Shown here one piece after another: positions 9,444 through 19,955 of a DNA stretch of 64,000 bases. Under the pieces are notes generated by a model, which made no database searches, had not been told where the DNA came from, and worked only from the letters and a program-made list of their open reading frames with translations. Within the stretch, counting starts at the first letter, position 1, and every line of letters begins with the position of its first letter. Origin of the DNA: a virus (taxonomy: Duplodnaviria > Caudoviricetes); the IMG/VR virus record IMGVR_UViG_3300038974_000417, positions 9,312-73,311 of that record; one strand, 5' to 3'. The position numbers and the translations under genes were made by a program.

Positions 9444-11153
9444 ATGATAAGTAACTTACCATTTCCAAATGAGATACCGTCGGATGCTATAAATCCACAA
9501 GTTCCCACGCTTGGAATAGATACTAATAAATTTACCGGGTTTATATCCACCAACACTGCAGGTGTAGTCCCTAAAGGAGTAGATATAGTTCAAGATTTAC
9601 AAAGTATTGTTAATTCAGTTCCATCACCGAAGCAATTAGAAGATGGACAAACGGAATTATCTATTATGGAGAATACTCCAGCTGCTCAATTTTTAGATAA
9701 TCAATTATGGAAAATTTCTATATCCTTAACAAATTATTCTCCACCAGTTAAGCCTGTTTTTATACCAGGTAATTATATACATGAATTAGTACTTGAACAT
9801 AATATTTTAGACCCCTGTTTTTGGAAGGGTAGTATGATTATTACAAGTAATCGGTTTGGAATATTGGAGGGAGAAAATCCGGAAGATAATTTAAACCTTG
9901 AGATGTTATTTAGAGGTGATGGTAAAGATGAAGCATTAATTGAAATTGTTCCACTTTTTTCTGATAGTATAGAATTGCCTTCCGAGACGTGGCATATTAA
10001 ATCTGATTTTATTATATATGATGTTGAGGATATACCGTGGAAAAATGGCGGTGGAATGGCTAAGAAATTATATTTTTGGCATAAAGCATATGCACTACTT
10101 ACGGAGCGTGGCACTCCATTCAGTACTGCTAAGCATGTTGATGTAGTTAATTTGCGGCGAGCTACCAATGAAGATCGAATGCTCCCCGTAGGAAGAGCTA
10201 TTAAACACCTATTGGAAGATAGTAACTTGAAGCAATATATTGATTACGATGAATGGGATGATGGATCATCCAATAGTAAGATTTTTTATAGTTCATTCGC
10301 GGGTAGTTGTGCACTAGAAAGTCTTCAAGATTTACTTTTGCGATATGTTAGTTCTGATGGTGGGCCTGGTTTATTGTACTTTAATAGAGGTAAGAATAAA
10401 TTTCAATTAATTGGTCTTAAAAAGTTTTTTGAAAAAGCTGGTATGTCTGATCCAGGAGAGTATTATTATGAAACCTTTATGTTAGGTACTGGTGATTCAG
10501 GAACTATGGATACAAATATTACTCCCAATAAAACACCTACTATAACTCAATCTAAATATGATCACGCTAACGTATTAAAGAAATATAATATTATAAGAGA
10601 CAATAGCTATATTATTACCGAATCATCAGGGGCGGATAGTATGGAGTCTTTTATATCTCATATGATACATACTTATAATCATGGAGATAAATTATTTAGT
10701 GTATTGTATAAGGATTCAGAAATAAAGAACCATAAAAAACTATTTAAGAAAAAATATACCGATAAACTATTACCTGGTGTACGCGGTCAGCCTTTAATAC
10801 TATTAAATTCGGCTAAAAAGAATCAATCACGTGTGTCGCAGAGGTTTGTATCATCTATTAATTTGACTACTGATATAATTAATAAAGTGGGTAGCAATTA
10901 CCTAGTACTATGTACACTATTTTTAAATATGGGTATAAATTTTAAGGTTCAAGGTAGTACTCATAGACACGCAGGAAGATTCATAGGTATAGAAAAAAAT
11001 AAAAATTCTGATAATAAGTATGATCATCGAATGCTGGGACAGTGGTTTACTACCGCAGTTATTACAAGGTGGAGAGATAACCAATTATATAATGAAATAG
11101 TTGCTAATAAGGTTAATAGTTTTAGTGATTTAAGGTTTAATGAGGAAGTATAA
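9444..11153 (+). CDS. Probable baseplate hub protein (gp27-like)
   Basis: 569 aa upstream of the spike gene; C-terminal INFKVQGSTHRHAGRFIGI...LGQWFTTAVITRW resembles hub-protein ends. Mainly synteny. Confidence 0.45.
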   Translation: MISNLPFPNEIPSDAINPQVPTLGIDTNKFTGFISTNTAGVVPKGVDIVQDLQSIVNSVPSPKQLEDGQTELSIMENTPAAQFLDNQLWKISISLTNYSPPVKPVFIPGNYIHELVLEHNILDPCFWKGSMIITSNRFGILEGENPEDNLNLEMLFRGDGKDEALIEIVPLFSDSIELPSETWHIKSDFIIYDVEDIPWKNGGGMAKKLYFWHKAYALLTERGTPFSTAKHVDVVNLRRATNEDRMLPVGRAIKHLLEDSNLKQYIDYDEWDDGSSNSKIFYSSFAGSCALESLQDLLLRYVSSDGGPGLLYFNRGKNKFQLIGLKKFFEKAGMSDPGEYYYETFMLGTGDSGTMDTNITPNKTPTITQSKYDHANVLKKYNIIRDNSYIITESSGADSMESFISHMIHTYNHGDKLFSVLYKDSEIKNHKKLFKKKYTDKLLPGVRGQPLILLNSAKKNQSRVSQRFVSSINLTTDIINKVGSNYLVLCTLFLNMGINFKVQGSTHRHAGRFIGIEKNKNSDNKYDHRMLGQWFTTAVITRWRDNQLYNEIVANKVNSFSDLRFNEEV

Positions 11154-12460
11154 TGCAAACTATAAGAGATAAGATATCCTTTGAGAGTATTAAGAGCTCT
11201 GCATTAAAACAGGTTGGTGAAATTGGAGATACTGCTGCTACCTCGTTTTTATCAACTGCCCAACAAGCGATATCTACTGTAATTGTTAATCCTATTTTAA
11301 ATACTATATCTAATATTAAAAGATTAATTGGAGCGGCAAAGAGTGAAATTAATAGTCTGATAAGTAGAATAATTGGAGATAAAAATCAAATTTTAGATCC
11401 TGATCGCGACAACATTTTAGATGTAACCTCTAAGATACCTGATGTTCTTGTGCCGGATATTGGTAATATTGGAGACATGAAGTCTATTCTTGCGGGTATA
11501 TTGACTCAGGCTAGTACGTTGGATTCATCAGCTATTAATCAACTAAATCAAATGTTTACTACTATTATGGATAATAAAGTAGTTAATAATAGTGATGAGG
11601 ACGAGCCTTTGACACCTGTTGATGTAGTAACTGATGTAGTGCAAGGAATGCCAGATTTGAATGAGTCTATTGTGACTAATAATCAGGGTGTATTAAATGC
11701 TAAAATTTTAAAGCAAAATTCTCAACTACCTGACATTAATACTCAAATTAACACATACAATGAATTAGAGGGTACTACCGTTGGGGAAACTATGTTTGTG
11801 AGAGGTAAGCTTAAGTCTCTAGTAACAAGTGGAGATTTATATCAAAATTCTATAGATTCGAAATATATAGGCGATGTATCTAATGTAGTTGGGTTGGCTA
11901 CATTAGGTCATACTATTGATACAATGTCTCTTGATCCTGAGGACTGGGGAGCAAGTGATGGGTCAACTGATGTATTAAGGGCAGGGCCGGCTAATTTATT
12001 ACCATTAGTGTCTAAGTATAAATTAAAGCGTAATATTATAGAACAATTTGAATCATCATACAATCAGTTGAATAATAAAATGTATAACAATTTATATAGA
12101 GATCGAAGAACATCTAATAGTGAACCGCAGGATTATCCAATTGCTCGTTATAGTGATGTGGATAAATATGGCATTAATATGGCTACTGTGAGCCATACAA
12201 ATATGGGAGATTATAGTAGTATTGGTTTTGCTAAAAAGATTAATACATCTGAGGATGAATTAAATAGTGCTAAAGATGTTGTGGGTGTAGAGCTTATGCC
12301 GTTGATTGGCTATCTATATAATGTAAATAATTTTAATACTATAACGGAAAAGCCAATATATAAAGTTAATATACAGGGAACAGAAATTTTAGTTGATTCG
12401 CGTGGGTCTAGATTTTTGCTTCCCGCTTCAAGGCCGGATGATACAGCTGTAACAATATGA
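11153..12460 (+). CDS. Hypothetical virion-associated protein
   Basis: 435-aa ORF translationally coupled on both sides within the baseplate operon. No recognised motif. Confidence 0.5.
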   Translation: MQTIRDKISFESIKSSALKQVGEIGDTAATSFLSTAQQAISTVIVNPILNTISNIKRLIGAAKSEINSLISRIIGDKNQILDPDRDNILDVTSKIPDVLVPDIGNIGDMKSILAGILTQASTLDSSAINQLNQMFTTIMDNKVVNNSDEDEPLTPVDVVTDVVQGMPDLNESIVTNNQGVLNAKILKQNSQLPDINTQINTYNELEGTTVGETMFVRGKLKSLVTSGDLYQNSIDSKYIGDVSNVVGLATLGHTIDTMSLDPEDWGASDGSTDVLRAGPANLLPLVSKYKLKRNIIEQFESSYNQLNNKMYNNLYRDRRTSNSEPQDYPIARYSDVDKYGINMATVSHTNMGDYSSIGFAKKINTSEDELNSAKDVVGVELMPLIGYLYNVNNFNTITEKPIYKVNIQGTEILVDSRGSRFLLPASRPDDTAVTI

Positions 12461-15318
12461 TAAACAATAATCAATTATATGGTAACTATGTTGGACTAGT
12501 TATTCAAAACGACGATCCTGAAAAACGAGGAAGAGTTAAGGTATTTGTACCTCATATTAATTATAGATCTTATAAGGGATGGACCGAAATTGAGGCTGAT
12601 AAGTTTTTTAATAATCTCGAGGATCCAGACGTATCAAATATATTAGCTGAATTGAGAGAGGTGCTGCCGTGGGCGGAGGTAGCTGGACCGTTGTTTGGTG
12701 GAAATGCATCGGGGAGATATAATGGGGTTAAGCGTAGAGTATATACGAGTAATTCTAATCGTTGGTTAGGGGATGACTTATTACAGGGAAATCGACCTGC
12801 TGCATCATATACAGGTGCTGGTAATGTTCATGATGGATTTAATGATGCTGGAAAAACCGGTATATTAAATCCGTATACTTTTGAATATGACCCGTCTGAT
12901 TATAGTAGTTTGGCCGCTGGTATGTTTACTATACCGAATGTCGGTGCACATGTATGGATCTTTTTTGAAAATGGTGATCACAATTGTCCTGTTTATTGGG
13001 CTAGTAGCTATAGTCAGTCTGATTATAAAAGAATATATACTACTGTTAAATTTACAGATAAAACATTATCCACTCTAGGTTCAGATGCTCTTAATAAAGC
13101 AGATGTAAGTGTGGATTATCCTAGCGAATATGAGAATAGTGATTTATCTGTTTTAACATCAGAGGCAAAAACATTTAGAGCAAAACATGTAATTAATACT
13201 AATAAAAATGTAATTGAACTAATTGATACTGATAATAGAGAGATGATTAAGCTTACTCATTTCTCTGGAAGTTTTAAGGAGTGGAATAATTATACTACTT
13301 CAGAGTTTGCTGCAAATAATGATCAACAACTCGTTATGGGTGATCGATTTGAAACAGTAAGAAAGAGTAAAAATACATATGTAGTTGGTAACAATAGGCT
13401 TTTTATAGACGGGGATAATATTAAAAGAGTAGGTGATAGTACCTATGATGATGTAAAGAATATCGGAGATATATTATTTAAAATTAATGAATATAAGCAA
13501 CTATTTGATACATGTAGGGTGGGGAGATTTATTTATCAAAGAACTTCAGGTCTACAAAGTTTATTAGATATAACGGGCGTAAATTCTCTGAGTCCGCATC
13601 AAGAGCAGAAGCCTAAGTTTGAAGGTATTAAGAGTTATGATGGTGTTCAATATAATAATGGTTTTGTGAGATGTTCAATTTGTAAAAATACTCCATATTC
13701 GGTCAATCCTACTAATTGGTCACTATCATATAAGGCTATTCCTGGTGAAGGTAATACCATGATATATGAGCCTATAATGCCTGAAGAGATACCGTTATAT
13801 AAAGATCTAGTAGCATTATCTAGTAGAACAGCTTTTGGCGACACCCCACCAGGAGTAGGCTTCTATGCTGGAGCTAAGTGCGATATATGTAATTCAGACT
13901 ATCTTAATATTCAGTTAAGGCGTCCAGGATTCAGTACTTCTACTGAGCATGGATTGTTTGAATATGAAGAAGCTAAGCAGCGCGGTGGAGACATGTTTAC
14001 ATATTACGTGTCTATTCGTGACAATCTAAATAAACTATTAGCGTCGTGTGCTGGTGGAGATGAAATAATCGAGATTCATAAAAATAAAATTGAATCAGTT
14101 GGGTTGGTGATGAATACCTCTGCGTCTTGTAGGGTTGATCCTATTGGTAAGTTGAGAGCCGAGTCGGTCTTTGTTGCACCGGAGGATGTTTATGTAGCTG
14201 GTAAGCCTAGTCCTCATGTTGAGCCAGTAGATGTAGTGGAGGTGCCGGGTGGTAGTTATGTGCTTACAGCGACCAATAAATACAAGCTTATAGTAGGAGC
14301 TAAAGGAGTAAATATAAAGACCTTTGGACCTATTGATATGTATGGGTCGATTGTTAATTTTACTGGAGAACAAATTAATATTAGTTCTCAAAACGAAATT
14401 AATTTTGATGCAGGAGAAAAGTGTTTAATAAGAGCGCGGAAAACTACTATTGTAAGTAAGGATCATGAACCCGTATTAATAGAAAGCCCTTTGCATATAT
14501 CTAGAAATCTTATTACTCGTGGTGGGTCCTATACTAATGGTGAAGTTGGGTTATTACATGTTACTACTTTGAGGGAATTTGGAGTAACATCGGGTCCTAT
14601 ATCAAATGAAGTCGGTGGATTACCGGCGGCAGAGGGGGGAATGGAGGTGGCTGTTAATACAGGGACTGTGGAGTCCAGGACGGCTAAGGATATTACGGAT
14701 TCTGTTGCTAAGGCTTCTGAGGATTCAGGTGGAGCGGATATGGCGTGGCTAGCTAGTCATGTTCATTTATACGAAAGAATTCCCACCACATTTTTTAATT
14801 CTGCGGAGGAAGTAAGAGCATACTTGAATGATCCGAGTAATGGTCTTGGTGCAACTATTAATAGTAGAAATAATATGCTGGCAGCAGCTGCTGTAAGTCC
14901 ATTTACCGGGCCATATTCTGAAATTGTTAAAGAGGCGTTGGATACGTTACAGTTTGATATTAAGGTTGATGCACTAATTAGATTATACTATATAAGCGGT
15001 CCAGGATCAGGTACTGTGCTTCCACCGTCGGTTCCACCGCCGATGATATCTAAATATTCAATAATAAATGCAACCGTATTAGATGGTAATTTTGTTAAAG
15101 CGTTAATACATAAAACTTATACTGTTGTTTCAGCTGCAACCAAAAAGCCTGTAATGGTAATTTTAAAAATAATGGTATCAGTACCGGTTGATAGAATTAG
15201 TGAAGGAGATAATACTGGTGGTCAATTGTATGAGTGGAATGGAGGGCCTTATATACCTGTACTAATGCCAAGTGAACCGGTTGGTGAGCCATGTGTACCT
15301 ACAGCAGGTATTTTTTAA
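12457..15318 (+). CDS. Baseplate central spike (gp5/VgrG-like)
   Basis: N-terminal OB-fold YVGLVIQNDDPEKRGRVKVFVP...LPWA...IPNVGAHVWIFFENGD..PVYWA; beta-helix-type repeats; two CxxC motifs in a central insertion. Confidence 0.8.
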   Translation: MINNNQLYGNYVGLVIQNDDPEKRGRVKVFVPHINYRSYKGWTEIEADKFFNNLEDPDVSNILAELREVLPWAEVAGPLFGGNASGRYNGVKRRVYTSNSNRWLGDDLLQGNRPAASYTGAGNVHDGFNDAGKTGILNPYTFEYDPSDYSSLAAGMFTIPNVGAHVWIFFENGDHNCPVYWASSYSQSDYKRIYTTVKFTDKTLSTLGSDALNKADVSVDYPSEYENSDLSVLTSEAKTFRAKHVINTNKNVIELIDTDNREMIKLTHFSGSFKEWNNYTTSEFAANNDQQLVMGDRFETVRKSKNTYVVGNNRLFIDGDNIKRVGDSTYDDVKNIGDILFKINEYKQLFDTCRVGRFIYQRTSGLQSLLDITGVNSLSPHQEQKPKFEGIKSYDGVQYNNGFVRCSICKNTPYSVNPTNWSLSYKAIPGEGNTMIYEPIMPEEIPLYKDLVALSSRTAFGDTPPGVGFYAGAKCDICNSDYLNIQLRRPGFSTSTEHGLFEYEEAKQRGGDMFTYYVSIRDNLNKLLASCAGGDEIIEIHKNKIESVGLVMNTSASCRVDPIGKLRAESVFVAPEDVYVAGKPSPHVEPVDVVEVPGGSYVLTATNKYKLIVGAKGVNIKTFGPIDMYGSIVNFTGEQINISSQNEINFDAGEKCLIRARKTTIVSKDHEPVLIESPLHISRNLITRGGSYTNGEVGLLHVTTLREFGVTSGPISNEVGGLPAAEGGMEVAVNTGTVESRTAKDITDSVAKASEDSGGADMAWLASHVHLYERIPTTFFNSAEEVRAYLNDPSNGLGATINSRNNMLAAAAVSPFTGPYSEIVKEALDTLQFDIKVDALIRLYYISGPGSGTVLPPSVPPPMISKYSIINATVLDGNFVKALIHKTYTVVSAATKKPVMVILKIMVSVPVDRISEGDNTGGQLYEWNGGPYIPVLMPSEPVGEPCVPTAGIF

Positions 15319-15320
15319 TT

Positions 15321-16328
15321 ATGAAGATTATAGAACATTTTAATAATAGTATAGAGAATAAAATAGAATTGTCGTTTATTCCTATTGTTAATTCTATGTC
15401 TCTTATGGTACGTGGTATATATCAGATAAATGGCATTGATTATGTTATTAATAATAAGGTGGTAGAATATATTGGAAGTGATTTATTTACTGATATTAAC
15501 GTTGAATATGAGTATATAACTTCTTTATCAATACCCGATCGTAGTAACTATGATGAACCACAATCACCCAGTGGATCTAATGTTGTTGTATTGTCAGATG
15601 ATAAAGAGAGAGAATATAGAACTATTAATAAAATATTGGATGATATTCAGGTTACATCAAATCCATATTCTCCATTATTAATTTCATTACTAACTACGTC
15701 AAATGTAAACACTAAGCCTGCAAGACCACCAATTCCTCCAGATCTATGTGAGTATATACCAGAGAATTTATCGTTGTATGATTCTGATAATTTACCCGCT
15801 GTGCCGGGTGTAGAATGGATTGATACCTTGAGTTCTAATATTGAGGGAGTATCCTCTTCGTTTTTTCCGGCAGATCAATGTATTGAACAATATGCCGAAA
15901 ACGGGGTATATGCTCAGCCCGGTGATTTGAATTATGCAAAGTGCGGAGATTTTAATGAGATTGAGGATCTATATAGTGCTGACTGGGTAGCTGCGGCGAT
16001 GTTTAATTCTGCGGCAGGTATTAATCCTGTTGCAGCGTGTGAGGGTGGATCTCTGGGATCTCCATACGGTCAGTTTTTATGGAAGCCCATAGGTGAACAT
16101 AGTGGTAATTTGGTAATTTTAATACCACCGGAGCTAACTCCAGGTGGTACTTGTACTGCTAATGGTGAATCGTTAACATATACTGGAGTGGGTAACGGTG
16201 GTAGATCTCATTTTAGGGGTAACAGACCGGGAGCTGCATACGGAACTAATGTTAAGGTATCCTTTAGAGGAGGTAAGGGGTCATATACTTGGACGATTCC
16301 AGATGGGGCGTGTAGATATAACGGATGA
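15321..16328 (+). CDS. Hypothetical virion protein downstream of the spike (Gly-rich C-terminal FLWKP domain)
   Basis: ATG 15321 preferred over the ORF-track start 15291, which lies inside the spike gene. Converges on the - strand block. Confidence 0.5.
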   Translation: MKIIEHFNNSIENKIELSFIPIVNSMSLMVRGIYQINGIDYVINNKVVEYIGSDLFTDINVEYEYITSLSIPDRSNYDEPQSPSGSNVVVLSDDKEREYRTINKILDDIQVTSNPYSPLLISLLTTSNVNTKPARPPIPPDLCEYIPENLSLYDSDNLPAVPGVEWIDTLSSNIEGVSSSFFPADQCIEQYAENGVYAQPGDLNYAKCGDFNEIEDLYSADWVAAAMFNSAAGINPVAACEGGSLGSPYGQFLWKPIGEHSGNLVILIPPELTPGGTCTANGESLTYTGVGNGGRSHFRGNRPGAAYGTNVKVSFRGGKGSYTWTIPDGACRYNG

Positions 16329-16667
16329 TTAATTTAATCCGTTATATTTTTTACTTTTAATTGATATTAAATAATCAGTATAAAGCTGTTCTAAGCTATC
16401 GGCGTCTTTAGGTGATCGAGTATGAGATATAGCTATTCTAGCACCATCAATAGCATGACCTAATATAATAAAATCTTCCAAAAATTCACTTATAAAGCTC
16501 TCCATATTAATTAATGAGTTTAATTGTTCATTATTAATTTCTTTGACAAGTTGTAGCTTTTTATAATCTTCATTAATTAGTCCCGACGGCATTGGGGACT
16601 CAGTTGATTTTAGTTTATCTGAGTTCTTACTTGTCTTTTTCTGATATTTGCGTGGTGTTGGCTCCAT
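16329..16667 (-). CDS. Hypothetical protein
   Basis: 112-aa ORF with TAAATA 5 nt upstream of the ATG. Confidence 0.6.
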   Translation of the reverse strand: MEPTPRKYQKKTSKNSDKLKSTESPMPSGLINEDYKKLQLVKEINNEQLNSLINMESFISEFLEDFIILGHAIDGARIAISHTRSPKDADSLEQLYTDYLISIKSKKYNGLN

Positions 16668-16679
16668 AAGTATATTTAC

Positions 16680-16727
16680 ACTCTTTAGCTGAGAAAGCTA
16701 GGATGGCTTAGCCACCTAGTAGTTCAC
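16680..16727 (+). mobile_element. Miniature IS200/IS605-type element C (48 bp)
   Basis: TTAC|ACTCTTTAGCTGAGAAAGCTAGGATGGCTTAGCCACCTAGTAGTTCAC. Hairpin CTAGG-A-TGGC-TTA-GCCA-CCTAG; same TAGTAGTTCAC end as element B. Confidence 0.7.
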
Positions 16728-17047
16728 TCTATTTTATTCATTTTCAACGAACTACCGGTAATATTTAATTTCGTTAAATAATTGGTAATGACTTCTATGC
16801 TACTAGTTTGAATTATTAGTTTGCTTGGAATAAACTGACCACCATCATATAATTCAAAAAATGAATCACCGATTTCGTCCTTGTTGACATAGCACGTACA
16901 AAATATACTGGCATTGCCCGGATCGATTATAATTGTCCATATTCTAGAATCTCGTTGATTAAAATTTTTATATACTTCTATACAATTATATCCACAATCT
17001 CTCAACCTCTTGCGAAAATATCCTAAAGTTGTGAGTTTATTGGCCAT
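16724..17047 (-). CDS. Hypothetical protein
   Basis: 107-aa ORF co-oriented with the clamp gene. Its TGA stop is supplied by the end of element C. Confidence 0.65.
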   Translation of the reverse strand: MANKLTTLGYFRKRLRDCGYNCIEVYKNFNQRDSRIWTIIIDPGNASIFCTCYVNKDEIGDSFFELYDGGQFIPSKLIIQTSSIEVITNYLTKLNITGSSLKMNKIE

Positions 17048-17048
17048 A

Positions 17049-17774
17049 TTATTTTACTAAACCGGATATAATATACTTTAATTTACACATATTGGTATCA
17101 ATTTGGAATAATAATATTTTTAAATCAGTATGAATGCTAACTACTACTTCCTCGCTTTTACCTAAGTGGAGTAATTTAAACGTATTAATGTTAATAGGTA
17201 ATTCAGTCTTTAGGCTATCACCCTGGAACACATCGGAGACCTTGAATCCGATATTATCTGATTGTGGTATGGTATAGTCTGTTAAATTAACGTATACTGC
17301 ATTATCTTTAGTATAAAAATATAGTTTATTAGTCTCCGTTGCAAAGCTGGTGGCTCTTAATATTTTCTGTACACTATTGGAGTTGAGTGTAAATGAAGTG
17401 TTAAACGTGAGGTTATTTATTTTATTTATATCTATAGTGTGTCGTTGTATTATTCCAGACTGAAGGAGATGATATTTAAATATAACATCATCCGTTTCAT
17501 ATGATATGTAGCCTGGAGATAAGTTAAACTCTACTTCATCTTGATCAACACAATCGAGAGCTCTCATTAATTTTTTTATATCACCAATGTTTAGATCTAT
17601 ATTTTCTGATGATACTATTGGAGATGAAATATATAAAATTATATTATTTTCTGTATTGTTAACTATACTAGTAATTCCCTCCGGAGATATTGATACTACA
17701 GCTCTTTCAACTAAAGTACTAATAGGAGATAGTATATTTTGAATAAAGGTAGATTTTTTTAATTTAAATTTCAT
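17049..17774 (-). CDS. DNA polymerase sliding clamp (T4 gp45-like)
   Basis: 241 aa beta-rich protein; DLNIGDIKKLMRAL..V.QDEVEF, FTLNSNSVQKILRATS; located in the replication block. Confidence 0.7.
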   Translation of the reverse strand: MKFKLKKSTFIQNILSPISTLVERAVVSISPEGITSIVNNTENNIILYISSPIVSSENIDLNIGDIKKLMRALDCVDQDEVEFNLSPGYISYETDDVIFKYHLLQSGIIQRHTIDINKINNLTFNTSFTLNSNSVQKILRATSFATETNKLYFYTKDNAVYVNLTDYTIPQSDNIGFKVSDVFQGDSLKTELPININTFKLLHLGKSEEVVVSIHTDLKILLFQIDTNMCKLKYIISGLVK

Positions 17775-17775
17775 A

Positions 17776-17958
17776 TCATATCATATTCTTGGAGAATTTT
17801 GTGTTCATATATGTTTGAACCATTTTAGTTTCTAGTCTATTTATACCATTTGAAATCTCATTGATCTGCTTTCGCATTTCTTTGATATGTTGCTGAATTT
17901 CTTTGGTTTGCTTTCCTATATCATCTAAATCAGATTTAAATTGTTTTAATTCATTCAT
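17776..17958 (-). CDS. Small coiled-coil protein
   Basis: 60 aa with heptad pattern; tightly packed and co-oriented with neighbours. Confidence 0.5.
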   Translation of the reverse strand: MNELKQFKSDLDDIGKQTKEIQQHIKEMRKQINEISNGINRLETKMVQTYMNTKFSKNMI

Positions 17959-17965
17959 TTTAATA

Positions 17966-18358
17966 TTATTCTACATACTTGCTAGTTTTGTTGTTAAAAT
18001 ATTTTTGCATGCTAGTCATTTTTTTGTTTATTTTACTTAGACTGGATGCTATATCAGCCATATATTTAATAATATCATCAATGTAATTAGTGGGTACTAA
18101 TGTTGGTTGAGCAGGTGGTGGACTTGGTATAGCTGTAGGGTGGTTTGGGGATGCTGAGGTAGATGGAGATATCTGAGGTGAGAGAGCCTCGGTGGGAGGC
18201 GAGTTACGCTTCACCACCGAGGGAGTATTGACAAATTTTTTAACATCTATACGATTAGCGGGTCCGGACGATGTAGGGGTCAACATTGATTTATCTACCT
18301 TATTAAGGTTAGAACTTACCATTGCCGCCAATTGTGTTATTTCATCAATACTATTCAT
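17966..18358 (-). CDS. Hypothetical protein with Pro/Ser-rich linker
   Basis: 130 aa; AAGGAG SD upstream. Confidence 0.6.
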   Translation of the reverse strand: MNSIDEITQLAAMVSSNLNKVDKSMLTPTSSGPANRIDVKKFVNTPSVVKRNSPPTEALSPQISPSTSASPNHPTAIPSPPPAQPTLVPTNYIDDIIKYMADIASSLSKINKKMTSMQKYFNNKTSKYVE

Positions 18359-18383
18359 GATATTACACTCCTTCTGTAATAGA

Positions 18384-19235
18384 TTATAAATCTTTTAATA
18401 GATCGTCTATTTCATCATCAGTAATAGCTACTTCCTCTGAAGTCTCCGGTACGGATGGACCCATAGGAATATCATCTTCATCTTCCACTGGTTTATCTAT
18501 AGAGGATTCATCAACTACTGAGTGTGTAGATGTTTTTAATAGATGAACATCAATAATCTTTTTAATTTCTTCATTTGAGTGAACCATTATTATTTTACTG
18601 AGATCAAAGGTTGAATTGTATATTTCCTTTGATTTCTCATCAGTAATTCCTGGCAAGCTACCAGCTTTAATAAACTTACTACTTATATAGGTTGGATATC
18701 CACCCTCATTAGTTTCAACCTTAATTCTTAAATTATTACCATTTTTAGATAAATCGAATATACTAGGTCCAAAGTCTTCAGAATCATCTCCGCTAATGGC
18801 ATCAGCAATAATCTTATGTAGTTGTTTACCGAATCGAATAATCTTTACTTGATTCTCAGTTTCCGGTGCAGTCGGGTTATTTACTACATAACAATTTACG
18901 AGCCATTGATTGTTTCTTTTTATGGTTTTAGCTAGCTCCTTTTCTCTTTCGCTTCCCTGATATAATTTAAATCGAAGCTCGTTGAGTGGGCATCGTTCAC
19001 CGAATGTAATCGGACTTACTACTGATATATATTGACCGGTTGCAAGACTAGTCCATCCAAATGTTGTATATGGAAAGATTGTATTATCCGGGTCGTGTAT
19101 ATTAGGAAGAAGCCGAACTACATATGTGTTGTTTTTTGTGAATCTCAGAATATCCTTAAATCCTGAGTTTGTATTCTTTTTGTTTAGAGACTCTTTAATC
19201 TTCTCAAACATGGATGCTGTGTATGTACTATTCAT
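18384..19235 (-). CDS. Single-stranded DNA-binding protein (T4 gp32-like)
   Basis: YVVRLLP, GERCPL, VNCYVVNNP, VKIIRFGKQLHKII, FDLSKNGNNLRIK, YISSKF; acidic C-terminal tail ending DDLLKDL. Confidence 0.85.
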   Translation of the reverse strand: MNSTYTASMFEKIKESLNKKNTNSGFKDILRFTKNNTYVVRLLPNIHDPDNTIFPYTTFGWTSLATGQYISVVSPITFGERCPLNELRFKLYQGSEREKELAKTIKRNNQWLVNCYVVNNPTAPETENQVKIIRFGKQLHKIIADAISGDDSEDFGPSIFDLSKNGNNLRIKVETNEGGYPTYISSKFIKAGSLPGITDEKSKEIYNSTFDLSKIIMVHSNEEIKKIIDVHLLKTSTHSVVDESSIDKPVEDEDDIPMGPSVPETSEEVAITDDEIDDLLKDL

Positions 19236-19277
19236 TTCATTTTACCTTTCTTGTGGTTTGTGGTTTATTTATTATTA

Positions 19278-19305
19278 ATAATATATGCTTCATAACATAT
19301 ATCAA
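19278..19305 (-). promoter_or_regulatory. Sigma70-like promoter upstream of the gp32-like gene
   Basis: On -: TTGATA-N16-TATTAT. Confidence 0.45.
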
Positions 19306-19307
19306 CA

Positions 19308-19955
19308 TTATTTATTAGACTTTTGGATTATCTCCAGCCCTTTATTGATTAATAATTTTGCTTTGGAACTATTGTTAAATTTTAATATATTACTATAAAA
19401 GTCTGTGTAGAAATCTGGTATTAGTATGTCAATAATATCTCGGTCTATTTTTTCAATTATGCTCCTGATGTTTGTAAATCCAAACATTATAAAGGGATCA
19501 ATATATCGATTCTTTATGTGAATAAGCCAGTCTGGATGCACTCCGTTAGATGAATGAATAGAATATTTTGCAACTGGTATTTTGGTATTAGTACAATAGT
19601 TTTTAATAAATTTTAAGCTTTGTTTGAGAAATTGTAGGTGATATATATTATCACACGGTAGTGATTGAAGAGCTTTTATATATAATGAATAGCATTTAAC
19701 TGCTCTTAAAGTAGTGAAAAATTTTAAATCGAATGATTCCCCTGGATGTAGAGCAAAGGGTGCCTTGAAGAATAATTGTATATCTATCTCGGGATGCTGA
19801 TTAAATATTCTCTCCAACTTAGTAGTATACGTATAGTATTCAGTTTCATTAAATTTAGAGAAGTCCTGGCGAAGTTTAAACGGTTTATTATGGGACGTTC
19901 GAGAGGTTATTAAATATGTATTATATATGAATTCTTGTTTTTTTGTTGTGGACAT
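19308..19955 (-). CDS. Hypothetical protein, possibly helicase loader (gp59-like)
   Basis: 215 aa immediately upstream of the gp32-like gene, as gp59 is in T4. No decisive motif. Confidence 0.35.
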   Translation of the reverse strand: MSTTKKQEFIYNTYLITSRTSHNKPFKLRQDFSKFNETEYYTYTTKLERIFNQHPEIDIQLFFKAPFALHPGESFDLKFFTTLRAVKCYSLYIKALQSLPCDNIYHLQFLKQSLKFIKNYCTNTKIPVAKYSIHSSNGVHPDWLIHIKNRYIDPFIMFGFTNIRSIIEKIDRDIIDILIPDFYTDFYSNILKFNNSSKAKLLINKGLEIIQKSNK

